Shown here: piece by piece, positions 18,880 to 27,311 of the stretch
Layout of the letters: each line of letters begins with the position of its first letter
Numbering within the stretch: position 1 is the stretch's first letter
Assembly: GCA_903848275.1 (NCBI GenBank)
Contig: CAINGB010000025.1
Coordinates: 4,713-68,712 of the forward strand
Origin: Candidatus Uhrbacteria bacterium
GTDB lineage: Bacteria; Patescibacteriota; Patescibacteriia; UBA9934
DNA: 64,000 nucleotides
Reading direction: 5' to 3'
Made by a program: the position numbers and the translations under genes
Notes under the pieces: generated by a model
Database searches by the model: none
The model's input: the letters and a program-made list of their open reading frames with translations, nothing else
What the model was told of the DNA's origin: nothing

Positions 18880-20313
18880 ATGTCAGCCGAAAATCCAACG
18901 CGTATTCCAAAAGTGGCCTTGATCGGGCGTACCAACGTCGGTAAGTCGACGCTTTTTAATAAATTGATTGAGGAACAGCGTTCGCTCGTGTCCGACGTCG
19001 CTGGTACCACCCGTGACCGTTTTGAAGCGGACTGTATTTGGCGCGGTCAGGTGATTCGTTTGATTGATACTGGTGGCTTGGACGTCGACCCAAAGCTGGA
19101 GATTGAACGCGGTGTGATTGAGCAAACTGAATACGCGATTAAGGAAGCTGACTTGGTTTGTTTCTTGGTCGATTTGACCGTGGGCCCCACCGTCGACGAC
19201 TACGTAATCGCCAAGAAATTATTCGCGGCTGGTAAGCCAGTAATTGTCGTTGGTAACAAGGGCGATACTCCAGCCCTCCGAGCTAGTGCAGAGAGTGACA
19301 CTTGGAAGAGCTGGCCGCTTAGCCGCCCACTCGCCGTTTCTGCGGCTCGTGGTATTGCCGCTGGTGATTTGCTCGATGAGGTTTACAACGGCTTGAATAA
19401 GGCTGGCGCCCCACCAACCGACGTGACGAACGTTATCCCAATGGAGGTAGCGGTGCTCGGTGAACCAAACGTCGGTAAGTCTACCTTGCTTAACGCGATT
19501 TTGGGTGAGAAGCGTTTTATTGCATCGTCAATTGCGCACACCACTCGTCAGCCAAACGAGGTGAGTGTAAAAATTGGTAAACAGAACTACGTCTTTGTGG
19601 ACACGGCCGGTATTCGCCGTCAGTCACGCCGCTTGCAAGCTGGCAGCTTCCTCGAAAAGCACGGCGTCAAACAAACTGTGGAATTATTGAAGAAGGTAAA
19701 CGTCGTTTTGTTCGTGCTCGACATGAGCCAGAAGATTGACGTGCAGAACAAGCGCTTGGCTGGTTTGATTGCAGAACATGGCACCAGCGTCGTCATTATC
19801 GCCAACAAGTGGGACTTAATTCCAGACAAGGACACCACGACCATTCTCAAGTACGAGGAATATATTCGCGCTCATTTGCCGCAGATCAACTACGCACCAA
19901 TTCTCTTCATCTCCGCTTTGACCGGTCAACGCGTCGGCGACATCATGAAAAAGATTTCGAGCGTGTTCAGCAGCCGCTTTACACAGTTGCTCGATACGGA
20001 ATGTAAGGAGTTTATTTCGAAGTGTATTGCTAAGCACAAGCCAAGCAAGAATAAAGGTACTTGGCACCCGAACATTACGGAGTTCGTGCAGACCACCATC
20101 AACCCACCACGCTTCCGCTTGACCATCAACGCTCCACGCGAAGATGCTTTGGCCGATAGCTACGTCCGATTCTTGGAACGTTTGATGCGTGATGAGTTCA
20201 ACTTTGTCGGCACGCCAGTTTCAATTCGCGTGTTAGCGGTGCAGCGTAAGCATGGTGAAGCACGTACGCCGATGAAACGAGTCAAAACTAAAATGGGAGG
20301 AAGACATAATTAG
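18880..20313 (+). CDS. der: Ribosome biogenesis GTPase Der (EngA)
   Basis: Two G-domains (GRTNVGKST, GEPNVGKST), DTGG/DTAG, NKWD, KH-like C-terminus. Confidence 0.95.
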   Translation: MSAENPTRIPKVALIGRTNVGKSTLFNKLIEEQRSLVSDVAGTTRDRFEADCIWRGQVIRLIDTGGLDVDPKLEIERGVIEQTEYAIKEADLVCFLVDLTVGPTVDDYVIAKKLFAAGKPVIVVGNKGDTPALRASAESDTWKSWPLSRPLAVSAARGIAAGDLLDEVYNGLNKAGAPPTDVTNVIPMEVAVLGEPNVGKSTLLNAILGEKRFIASSIAHTTRQPNEVSVKIGKQNYVFVDTAGIRRQSRRLQAGSFLEKHGVKQTVELLKKVNVVLFVLDMSQKIDVQNKRLAGLIAEHGTSVVIIANKWDLIPDKDTTTILKYEEYIRAHLPQINYAPILFISALTGQRVGDIMKKISSVFSSRFTQLLDTECKEFISKCIAKHKPSKNKGTWHPNITEFVQTTINPPRFRLTINAPREDALADSYVRFLERLMRDEFNFVGTPVSIRVLAVQRKHGEARTPMKRVKTKMGGRHN

Positions 20314-20450
20314 TTCGCTCGCAACTGCCGTGTCTCCTGTTCCTAGCGGCGCCTCGACAACCGTACCGGCTGGCTCACCTCGTATGACTCGGGGGCCGGC
20401 ACAGGGCCGAGGCTGGCGTCGTCACAGGAGACAACGGCAGTCGCTCGCTC
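20313..20450 (-). repeat. Structured intergenic hairpin element, copy A
   Basis: Outer stem actgccgtgtctcctgt/acaggagacaacggcagt; core 20354-20410 is 49/57 identical to 22210-22266. Confidence 0.8.
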
Positions 20451-20480
20451 TTAAAGGCCTCCGTCTTGCTAAATAGTTTA

Positions 20481-20512
20481 AACTACCAACTACTAACTAC
20501 CTACTACCAACT
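20481..20512 (+). repeat. Heptamer tandem repeat (AACTACC-like)
   Basis: aactacc aactact aactacc tactacc aact. Confidence 0.8.
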
Positions 20513-20522
20513 TTCATACTCT

Positions 20523-21086
20523 ATGGCAATCATGATCGTGGGGCTCGGTAATCCAGGTGCAGAGTACAAGAAGACCCGCCACAATGCGGGTTTTTTGGCG
20601 CTTGATAAGTTGGCGGCAGAATGGGGTGCGAGCTGGCGAGTGAATACTACAGCTAAGGCCGAGGTGGCAGAGGTGATTGTTGGCGAGATGAAAATTGTGC
20701 TCGTGAAGCCACAAACTTTCATGAATAATTCGGGGCTCGCAGTAGCGTCGCTTATGCACCGTTATAAGATTACGATTGAACGAGTGTGGGTGGTTTACGA
20801 CGACGCAGCTATTGCGAACGATCAAGTGAGAGTAAGGCGTGGCGGCAGTGCTGGCGGTCACAATGGACTCAAGTCGATTATTGCTCACAACGGCGACCCG
20901 TTTGCGCGTTTCCGTATTGGCTTGGGTAATCCCCCAGAACGAGTACCGCTCGAAGAGTTTGTGTTGCAGAATTTTAAGGCCGATGAGATGACGCTGCTTG
21001 AGGATAAATTAAACGTCGTGATTGAGCTCATTAACGAAGCCCGAGTGACCGGCGTGCAGGAAAAAACGGTAACAATCGCCACATGA
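20523..21086 (+). CDS. pth: Peptidyl-tRNA hydrolase
   Basis: VGLGNPG, TRHNAGF, KPQTFMNNSG, GGHNGLKSI. Confidence 0.97.
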   Translation: MAIMIVGLGNPGAEYKKTRHNAGFLALDKLAAEWGASWRVNTTAKAEVAEVIVGEMKIVLVKPQTFMNNSGLAVASLMHRYKITIERVWVVYDDAAIANDQVRVRRGGSAGGHNGLKSIIAHNGDPFARFRIGLGNPPERVPLEEFVLQNFKADEMTLLEDKLNVVIELINEARVTGVQEKTVTIAT

Positions 21087-22171
21087 TCTCCCCCTACCGC
21101 TTAGCCCTGACGCATTTTAACGACCTCACCATCGGCCCAGTCCGCCATGCGAGCTTGCTTGAAGTTTTGGGCAGTGACGAAAAGATTTGGCGAGCAACCA
21201 CCGACGAACTGCAGAGTGGCGGCTTGAGTCGCGGGATGGCGGCGAAGTTTATCGCCTGGCGCACCACGCAAGACCCGCAGGCCCTGCTCGATGATACCTT
21301 GAAGCGTGGGATTAGCTTGGTGACGCTCGATGACCCAGAATACCCAGAACTGCTCCGCGCCATTCATGACGCACCGTATGTGCTCTATTATCGCGGTACG
21401 TTGCCGCCGGCAGATGCATTGCTTGTCGGCGTCGTGGGGTCGCGACAGGCTTCGCAGTATGGTTTAAAAGTAGCTGGTGAATTGTCTGAAGCTCTAGCTA
21501 GGCATCATTTGGTAATAGTAAGTGGCCTGGCCTGGGGTATTGATGAAGAGGCGCACAAAGCGACGGTTAAAGTAAATGGTAAGACGATTGCCGTACTTGG
21601 CTGCGGTTTAGATGCCAATGATTCTTATCGAAAAATACAACTAGCTGAAGAGATCCTCGCTAAAGGCGGAGCGGTAATTAGCGAGTACCCACCAGAGATG
21701 CCTTCGCTTACTCACCATTTCCCAATTCGTAACCGAATAATTTCTGGCATGAGTAAAGGTACCCTGGTGGTCGAGGCAGCTGAGAAGTCTGGCTCACTAA
21801 TAACGGCACGAGCGGCCTTAATGGAAAATCGTGAAGTATTTGCCGTGCCTGGATCTATTCACTCCCCCACTTCTGTTGGTACTAATCGTTTGTGTCGTGA
21901 TGGCGCTCATGTGGTGACCTGTGCCAATGACATCCTTGAAGTACTCGGCGTAACACCAAGAGTGACTTCAACGGAAGTTCCGGCCGCTATGATACCTCCT
22001 GCTGCACCAGAGGCTAGGGCGATTCTAGCGCTACTAAACCACGAACCGAAACACATCGACGATTTGGCTTTGACTGTTAATCTACCGAGCCATACCGTCG
22101 GCGCAACGTTGACGATTATGGAGATTGAGGGTTACGCTCGGCATGTTGGCGGTGGAAATTATACGAGGTAA
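21083..22171 (+). CDS. dprA: DNA-processing protein DprA
   Basis: YPELLRAIHDAP, VVGSR, VSGLAWGID, FPIRNRIISG, SGSLITA, C-terminal winged helix. Confidence 0.97.
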   Translation: MISPYRLALTHFNDLTIGPVRHASLLEVLGSDEKIWRATTDELQSGGLSRGMAAKFIAWRTTQDPQALLDDTLKRGISLVTLDDPEYPELLRAIHDAPYVLYYRGTLPPADALLVGVVGSRQASQYGLKVAGELSEALARHHLVIVSGLAWGIDEEAHKATVKVNGKTIAVLGCGLDANDSYRKIQLAEEILAKGGAVISEYPPEMPSLTHHFPIRNRIISGMSKGTLVVEAAEKSGSLITARAALMENREVFAVPGSIHSPTSVGTNRLCRDGAHVVTCANDILEVLGVTPRVTSTEVPAAMIPPAAPEARAILALLNHEPKHIDDLALTVNLPSHTVGATLTIMEIEGYARHVGGGNYTR

Positions 22172-22176
22172 ACGTC

Positions 22177-22300
22177 AGTGAGTTCGCCTAACGCTTCGCT
22201 TCGCCGAAGTCGTCAACCGCACCAGCCGTCTCACCTCGTATGACTCGGGCGCTGGCGCAGGGCCGACTTCAGCTCAGCTCATCGTCAGTCGCAACTCACT
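22177..22300 (-). repeat. Structured intergenic hairpin element, copy B
   Basis: Outer stem agtgagtt/aactcact; gaagtcg/cgacttc; core shared with copy A. Confidence 0.8.
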
Positions 22301-22307
22301 TATCGAG

Positions 22308-22438
22308 TCAGATGATACAGGTAGCAATGAGGCGAATGAATGCCGGCCCTGCGGAATCCCGCCGAGTCAGACGAGGTATGGTCTGGGATTCTGCGGTTGA
22401 CGGTATGAGTGAGACGAAGTGCTATCTGTATCATCTGA
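22308..22438 (+). repeat. Structured intergenic hairpin element, copy C (inverted relative to A and B)
   Basis: Outer stem tcagatgatacaggtagca/tgctatctgtatcatctga; core cggccctgcg..ccgagtcagacgaggt..tgcggttgacg matches the reverse complement of the B core. Confidence 0.75.
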
Positions 22439-22448
22439 ATCTGTGAAT

Positions 22449-23705
22449 ATGAAAAATTATAAAGAAGCGGTGCAGCGATTGATTAGTCTCAGTAATTTGG
22501 AAACGCCGTGGCGCGGGAGTCAGGAGAGTTTGCAGGATTCGCTCAAGCGCACCAAGCAGCTGCTAACTAAGCTCGAGTACCCGGAGCGTGAGTTGAAGTT
22601 TGTGCATGTGACCGGCACGAGCGGTAAAGGCAGTGTGACTAATCTGATTCACGAGATGCTCTTGGCGGATGGTCGGACTGTGGCTAGTTATACGTCGCCG
22701 CATACTACCACGCTGCTTGAGAGGTTTAGAGTGAACGAGAAGCTGATCGAACCGAAGCTGCTCGTGCAGGCCATCGAGCTCGTGATTGCGAGTTATGAGG
22801 CTCATCTGGTAGAAGGAAAACAAGCACTCAGCTATTTTGAATTAGCGACCGTGGTGGCGCTGGTAGCTTTCGTGCTGGCGAAGGTTGAATGGTGCGTGCT
22901 CGAGGTGGGACTCGGCGGCCGCTGGGATTCGACCAATGTGATTCCTAAGAAAGAGGTGGCGGTGATTACCAACGTCGACCTTGATCATACGGATATTTTG
23001 GGGAATAGCGTGAAGGAGATTGCGCAGGAGAAAGTGGGAATTATTACGGGACGCTGTGCGGTTATTTCTGGCGTCGTCCAGCCGAATCTAAGGGAGTTGA
23101 TAAGCGACGTGGCGAGCGATAAGAAGGCGAGCGTAAGATTCATCGATGCGCCGAATAGTGATCATCGATTGCACAATGCGTTGATAGCGACGGCAACGGC
23201 GCAAGCGGTGGGAGTAAAGATTGAAGTGATCGAAAAGGCATTGACGAAGACCAGAGGACTGCCCTGCCGGTTTGAAGTGATGAGCGAGAAGCCGCTCGTG
23301 ATTGTCGATGGGGCGCATAATGAGGCCAAGATGAAAGGAACGGTCAGTCTGCTCAAATCGATTAAGCGCGGAAAAGTTCATGTCGTCTTTGGCTGCAAGC
23401 ATAGTAAAGATGCGGGGGCGATGCTAAAGTCGTTAATGCCACTAGCCGATGTGATTCACACGACGCGTTACCAGCATGGTTATGGCGCGCCAGAGAATCC
23501 GGCGGTGCTCGCTAAACTGATTACGAAGAATAAGCGCGGCAAGACCTGGCTCTTTGCCGACGAGGCACTGCATTTTGTACTCGAGGCGATGAAGCCGGAG
23601 GATACGCTACTAATTACTGGATCGCTCTATTTGGCTGGAGAATTGAGAACGCAATGGGTGAGTGAAGAATCAATTGTGAAGAAGCAGTCGAGTCAAGTTA
23701 AATGA
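22449..23705 (+). CDS. folC: Folylpolyglutamate synthase/dihydrofolate synthase family (Mur ligase fold)
   Basis: HVTGTSGKGS, YTSPH, SYFE, EVGLGGRWDSTNV, DGAHN, TGSLYL. Confidence 0.9.
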   Translation: MKNYKEAVQRLISLSNLETPWRGSQESLQDSLKRTKQLLTKLEYPERELKFVHVTGTSGKGSVTNLIHEMLLADGRTVASYTSPHTTTLLERFRVNEKLIEPKLLVQAIELVIASYEAHLVEGKQALSYFELATVVALVAFVLAKVEWCVLEVGLGGRWDSTNVIPKKEVAVITNVDLDHTDILGNSVKEIAQEKVGIITGRCAVISGVVQPNLRELISDVASDKKASVRFIDAPNSDHRLHNALIATATAQAVGVKIEVIEKALTKTRGLPCRFEVMSEKPLVIVDGAHNEAKMKGTVSLLKSIKRGKVHVVFGCKHSKDAGAMLKSLMPLADVIHTTRYQHGYGAPENPAVLAKLITKNKRGKTWLFADEALHFVLEAMKPEDTLLITGSLYLAGELRTQWVSEESIVKKQSSQVK

Positions 23706-23882
23706 CTCAAACTCGTCAGTCGGCCAAGGCTCGGGGTGCAAAAGTTCGTCGGGTCCTGCCGCTGCGGACCCCGCTGGGTGCTCGCAAGCTGCGCGCCCAA
23801 GCAGGGGCCTCCCTTCGCGTCACCCGACTACAGGAATTAGGCCTGCCCCTCGCTACTTGGCCTTATGGGCTGCATAAAAAGT

Positions 23883-23911
23883 TTGACATAACGGGCTCTG
23901 GAGGCTATCGT
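23883..23911 (+). promoter_or_regulatory. sigma70 promoter for topA
   Basis: TTGACA-N17-TATCGT ending 11 nt before ATG. Confidence 0.55.
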
Positions 23912-23922
23912 TCGCAGCAAAT

Positions 23923-26205
23923 ATGTCTAAACTTGTCATTGTCGAGTCCCCTACTAAAGCTAAAACTATTACCAAATTTTTGGGGAAAGAATTCACAATT
24001 CTTTCTTCTTTTGGTCATATTCGTGACTTGCCAAAGAAGTCCACCGCGGTCGACGTCGAGCATGGCTTTACGCCAACTTACGAAGTGCCCGTGGATAAGA
24101 AGGCTAAGGTGACGGCGCTTAAACAAGCGGCCAAGGGTGTAGATGAAGTCTACCTCGCAACCGACGAAGACCGTGAAGGAGAAGCGATTGCCTGGCATAT
24201 TGCTGAGGTGCTTAAGCTCGACGTCGCCACAGCCAAGCGCATTACTTTCCACGAAATTACCAAGGCCGCGATTGTGAACGCGGTGGAGCATCCAAGGACC
24301 ATCGACATGAACATGGTCAACGCGCAGCAGACGCGCCGCATTTTGGACCGTTTGGTTGGTTATGAATTGTCGCCGTTATTGTGGAAGAAGGTGCAGCGCG
24401 GACTTTCGGCTGGTCGCGTGCAGAGCGTGGCTGTGCGTTTGGTAGTTGAACGCGAACTGGAGCGCAACGCTTTTAAGAGCGATGAATACTGGACGATCGA
24501 AGCGACGTTTGAGAAAGACGGCGCGGTGCTGGAAGCTAAGTTGAACAGTATTGACGGCAGGAAGCTGGAGAAGCTCGATATTAAAAATGAGGCCGATGCC
24601 AAGAAGATTGTCGACGACGTGACTGGTGTCAGCTTTGTCGTTGATAAGATTGAGTTAAAAGATGCTTCACGTAAACCGCCGATTCCTTTGACGACGTCGA
24701 GTTTGCAGCAGGATGCATACAACCGTTTGGGCATGAGTGCTAAGCAGACCATGACCTTGGCGCAGAAGCTGTACGAAACGGGTAAGATTACTTACATGCG
24801 TACTGACTCCCAGAATTTGGCGGAGCAGTTTACGAGTGCCACACAAGATTATTTGCAGACGACTTTCGGTGCTGAATACGCCAAAGGTGCAGTTAAGTAT
24901 GCCACTAAGAGTAAGGGAGCGCAGGAAGCGCACGAGGCTATTCGTCCAACTGATGTGACCGCGTCACCTGAGAGCTTGCAAGCGAGTCTCGAAAGTGGCG
25001 AATGGAAACTGTATGATTTGATTTGGCGCCGCACAGTGGCCAGCCAGATGCCAAGCGCCAAGATGCGTCGGACCGCCGTCGATCTACTCGGCAACAAACA
25101 TATTTTCCGCGTGAACGGCAGCACAGTAGTGTTCCCAGGTTTCATGAAAGTATGGCAAGCAAGTGAAGACAAGCTCTTGCCGGTAATGGCGCAAGGTGAC
25201 GTGATTGGTGAGGCCAAGGAGATAAAGCCGGAGCAGCACTTCACCGAACCAGCTGCCCGCTACAGCGATGCGACTTTGATTAAGGCCTTAGAAGAATACG
25301 GCATTGGTCGCCCTTCTACTTACGCCCCAACTTTGACGACGATTATTGACCGCGGCTACGTGCTGCGCGACGATAATAAGAAGCTCTTCCCGTCTGACAT
25401 TGCGATCATCGTGACGGATTTGCTGAAGACGCATTTCCCGAATATTGTCGGCTACGATTTTACCGCCGACATGGAGTTGAAGCTCGACGAAGTGGCTGAG
25501 GGTAAGCAAGACTGGCAGAAGATTTTGGGCGATTTTTATGGCCCGTTCCATGCACAAATTACCGAGAAGACCGGTGATTTAAGCCGGGCTGACGTCATGA
25601 AGGAACGTAGCCTGGGCGTCGACCCTAAAGACGGCCTTGAGATTATTGTACGAACTGGGCGCTTTGGTCCGTACGTGCAACGCGGCATTGTGAGTGATGA
25701 GAATCCGAAACCACCACGCGCCTCGCTGACCAAAGATCAACTGATGGATACGATTACCCTCGACCAGGCCTTGAAATTGTTGCTGCTCCCCCGCTTGGTC
25801 GGTAAGCACACGAATGGCGAAGATATTATTGCCAACCTAGGCCGCTTTGGTCCGTACTTGAAGTGCGGCACGGTGAACATTACTTTGCCGCCGGAAGATC
25901 ACCCGGCGGAAGTGACGCTCGAACGGGCGATTCAGATTTGTACAGAAGGCGTCGCTAAAAAGGCCGCGGCCATGAAGCCACTAGCCGAACTCGGTACTGA
26001 CCCGACGAGTAAAGGTGAGATTGTTATTCGTAGTGGACGCTTTGGTGACTATATTACGGACGGCAAGACCAACGTGACGGTGCCGAAGAAAATTACCTGG
26101 CAAGACGTGACACCGGAAATGGCGATCGAGATGCTAGTCAAGAAGCGAGCGTCGCCCAAGAAGGCTTGGGGGAAGAGGAAGAAGAAGAGTGATGATAATG
26201 ACTAA
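23923..26205 (+). CDS. topA: DNA topoisomerase I with C-terminal Toprim_C repeats
   Basis: VIVESPTKAK, ATDEDREGE, SAGRVQS, ITYMRTDS, GIGRPSTY, repeated GRFGPY. Confidence 0.97.
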   Translation: MSKLVIVESPTKAKTITKFLGKEFTILSSFGHIRDLPKKSTAVDVEHGFTPTYEVPVDKKAKVTALKQAAKGVDEVYLATDEDREGEAIAWHIAEVLKLDVATAKRITFHEITKAAIVNAVEHPRTIDMNMVNAQQTRRILDRLVGYELSPLLWKKVQRGLSAGRVQSVAVRLVVERELERNAFKSDEYWTIEATFEKDGAVLEAKLNSIDGRKLEKLDIKNEADAKKIVDDVTGVSFVVDKIELKDASRKPPIPLTTSSLQQDAYNRLGMSAKQTMTLAQKLYETGKITYMRTDSQNLAEQFTSATQDYLQTTFGAEYAKGAVKYATKSKGAQEAHEAIRPTDVTASPESLQASLESGEWKLYDLIWRRTVASQMPSAKMRRTAVDLLGNKHIFRVNGSTVVFPGFMKVWQASEDKLLPVMAQGDVIGEAKEIKPEQHFTEPAARYSDATLIKALEEYGIGRPSTYAPTLTTIIDRGYVLRDDNKKLFPSDIAIIVTDLLKTHFPNIVGYDFTADMELKLDEVAEGKQDWQKILGDFYGPFHAQITEKTGDLSRADVMKERSLGVDPKDGLEIIVRTGRFGPYVQRGIVSDENPKPPRASLTKDQLMDTITLDQALKLLLLPRLVGKHTNGEDIIANLGRFGPYLKCGTVNITLPPEDHPAEVTLERAIQICTEGVAKKAAAMKPLAELGTDPTSKGEIVIRSGRFGDYITDGKTNVTVPKKITWQDVTPEMAIEMLVKKRASPKKAWGKRKKKSDDND

Positions 26206-26228
26206 CTAATCTTAACGTTATATTTTCT

Positions 26229-26414
26229 ATGTCAAATGTATTAGCGGCATTACTAGCTAATAAATTAGCCAAAAATCCTGATAAATTATTGAAAACTGTT
26301 AAGCCGCTAGGCAAAGTGTTGCTGAAGATATTCGTAATTTTTATTATCTTTGATGTGGTATTTTTTATATTACTTTTTCTCTGGGCAATTATAACTAACC
26401 ACCTTGGTAATTAA
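26229..26414 (+). CDS. Small AT-rich membrane protein
   Basis: 61 aa with a hydrophobic C-terminal helix. Confidence 0.55.
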   Translation: MSNVLAALLANKLAKNPDKLLKTVKPLGKVLLKIFVIFIIFDVVFFILLFLWAIITNHLGN

Positions 26415-26426
26415 CTCGGAAAAAAA

Positions 26427-26435
26427 TGATACAAT
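26427..26435 (+). promoter_or_regulatory. Extended -10 promoter for sRNA A
   Basis: TGaTACAAT ending 6 nt before the RNA A stem. Confidence 0.6.
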
Positions 26436-26441
26436 ACTCTC

Positions 26442-26491
26442 AGCGGTGTGAGTGAAAACTTCGTTCGGCTAGCCAAGCCGAAGACATCGCT
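26442..26491 (+). ncRNA. Candidate small RNA A (three-way junction)
   Basis: P1 agcggtgt/acatcgct; P2 gagt-GAAA-actt; P3 c(g)ttcggc..gccgaag; same fold as 26651-26706. Confidence 0.7.
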
Positions 26492-26500
26492 CAAATAATT

Positions 26501-26509
26501 TGCTATAAT
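26501..26509 (+). promoter_or_regulatory. Extended -10 promoter for sRNA B
   Basis: TGcTATAAT consensus match. Confidence 0.65.
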
Positions 26510-26513
26510 GCGA

Positions 26514-26604
26514 GTGTCTCTTGGTTGAGGTAATAACTGAGAGGGTATTATTTCCGAGAGTCATCCTCCGAGAGGCGGGTGACTATTGTTTTATTGGGAG
26601 ATAC
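26514..26604 (+). ncRNA. Candidate small RNA B (three-way junction, two GAGA tetraloops)
   Basis: P1 gtgtctctt/gggagatac; aggtaata..GAGA..tattattt; agtcatcc..GAGA..gggtgact. Confidence 0.6.
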
Positions 26605-26616
26605 GAGTCAACGTTT

Positions 26617-26645
26617 TTGACATAGGGACTGATCTAGTTTATAGT
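26617..26645 (+). promoter_or_regulatory. sigma70 promoter for sRNA C
   Basis: TTGACA-N17-TATAGT. Confidence 0.75.
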
Positions 26646-26650
26646 TTATT

Positions 26651-26706
26651 TGCGCTTGTGGGCGAAAGCCCCGTTCGGCCAATATCATAAGCCGAAGACA
26701 AGCGTA
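26651..26706 (+). ncRNA. Candidate small RNA C (homolog of RNA A)
   Basis: P1 tgcgcttgt/acaagcgta; P2 gggc-GAAA-gccc; P3 c(g)ttcggc..gccgaag. Confidence 0.7.
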
Positions 26707-26734
26707 AAACAACCCTTTAATGGGGTGTTTTTTT
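26706..26734. terminator. Probable bidirectional intrinsic terminator
   Basis: aaaacaaccc-tttaat-ggggtgttttttt between the sRNA array and the convergent gene. Confidence 0.65.
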
Positions 26735-26736
26735 GT

Positions 26737-27228
26737 TTAAGAGTCCAATAGCCATCCTCCACCGATCCTTTTAACGGTTTTCTGACTATTCGTCTTAAGC
26801 TCCTTCCAAGCAGGAGATACACTCCAAAAATGAAAATTGCCATCCCCAACTCTGCGTACTACAACATTAATCCTACGCTTTTTGTCGAGATTAATAATAG
26901 CAGCAAAGGCATAGTAACGAACTGATTTCTCTTGCCGATGACCACTAACATCTGGCTTGCCTACCGTCTGCACAGACTCGCGATGTTCCTGAATAGTGGT
27001 AGTTTTCTTAATTATTAAAACGGCGTCTTCCAAACAGAGAAGTTTATTTTTCTGAACTACCTTAGTTCGTTCCGTTCGAGTGCCATCAAACTGCAAGTGA
27101 TGGAATCCGTCTGAGCTGAAATGTACCATTTGATTAAGAGCTGGGCAATGAACTTTGATAACTGATTTATAAAATTTCTCTGCTTTTGCAAAGATCTTTT
27201 TAAACTCAAATAAATCGCTATTACTCAT
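26737..27228 (-). CDS. AT-rich protein, putative BECR-fold (RelE/barnase-like) RNase
   Basis: VHFSSDGFHHL (N-terminal His) and C-terminal beta-meander ending NFHFWSV; fold assignment is inference. Confidence 0.55.
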   Translation of the reverse strand: MSNSDLFEFKKIFAKAEKFYKSVIKVHCPALNQMVHFSSDGFHHLQFDGTRTERTKVVQKNKLLCLEDAVLIIKKTTTIQEHRESVQTVGKPDVSGHRQEKSVRYYAFAAIINLDKKRRINVVVRRVGDGNFHFWSVSPAWKELKTNSQKTVKRIGGGWLLDS

Positions 27229-27311
27229 ACTTATAAACTATACTTGCACAGGTCTTTCGTCAACATGCGGAACTTGCCACAAAGTGATATTCGGCCTATT
27301 CTCTATAGAGT

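Noticed and set aside
23702-24112. 136-aa ORF between folC and topA
   Set aside because: Runs through a GC-rich hairpin and overlaps topA out of frame; no protein-like features
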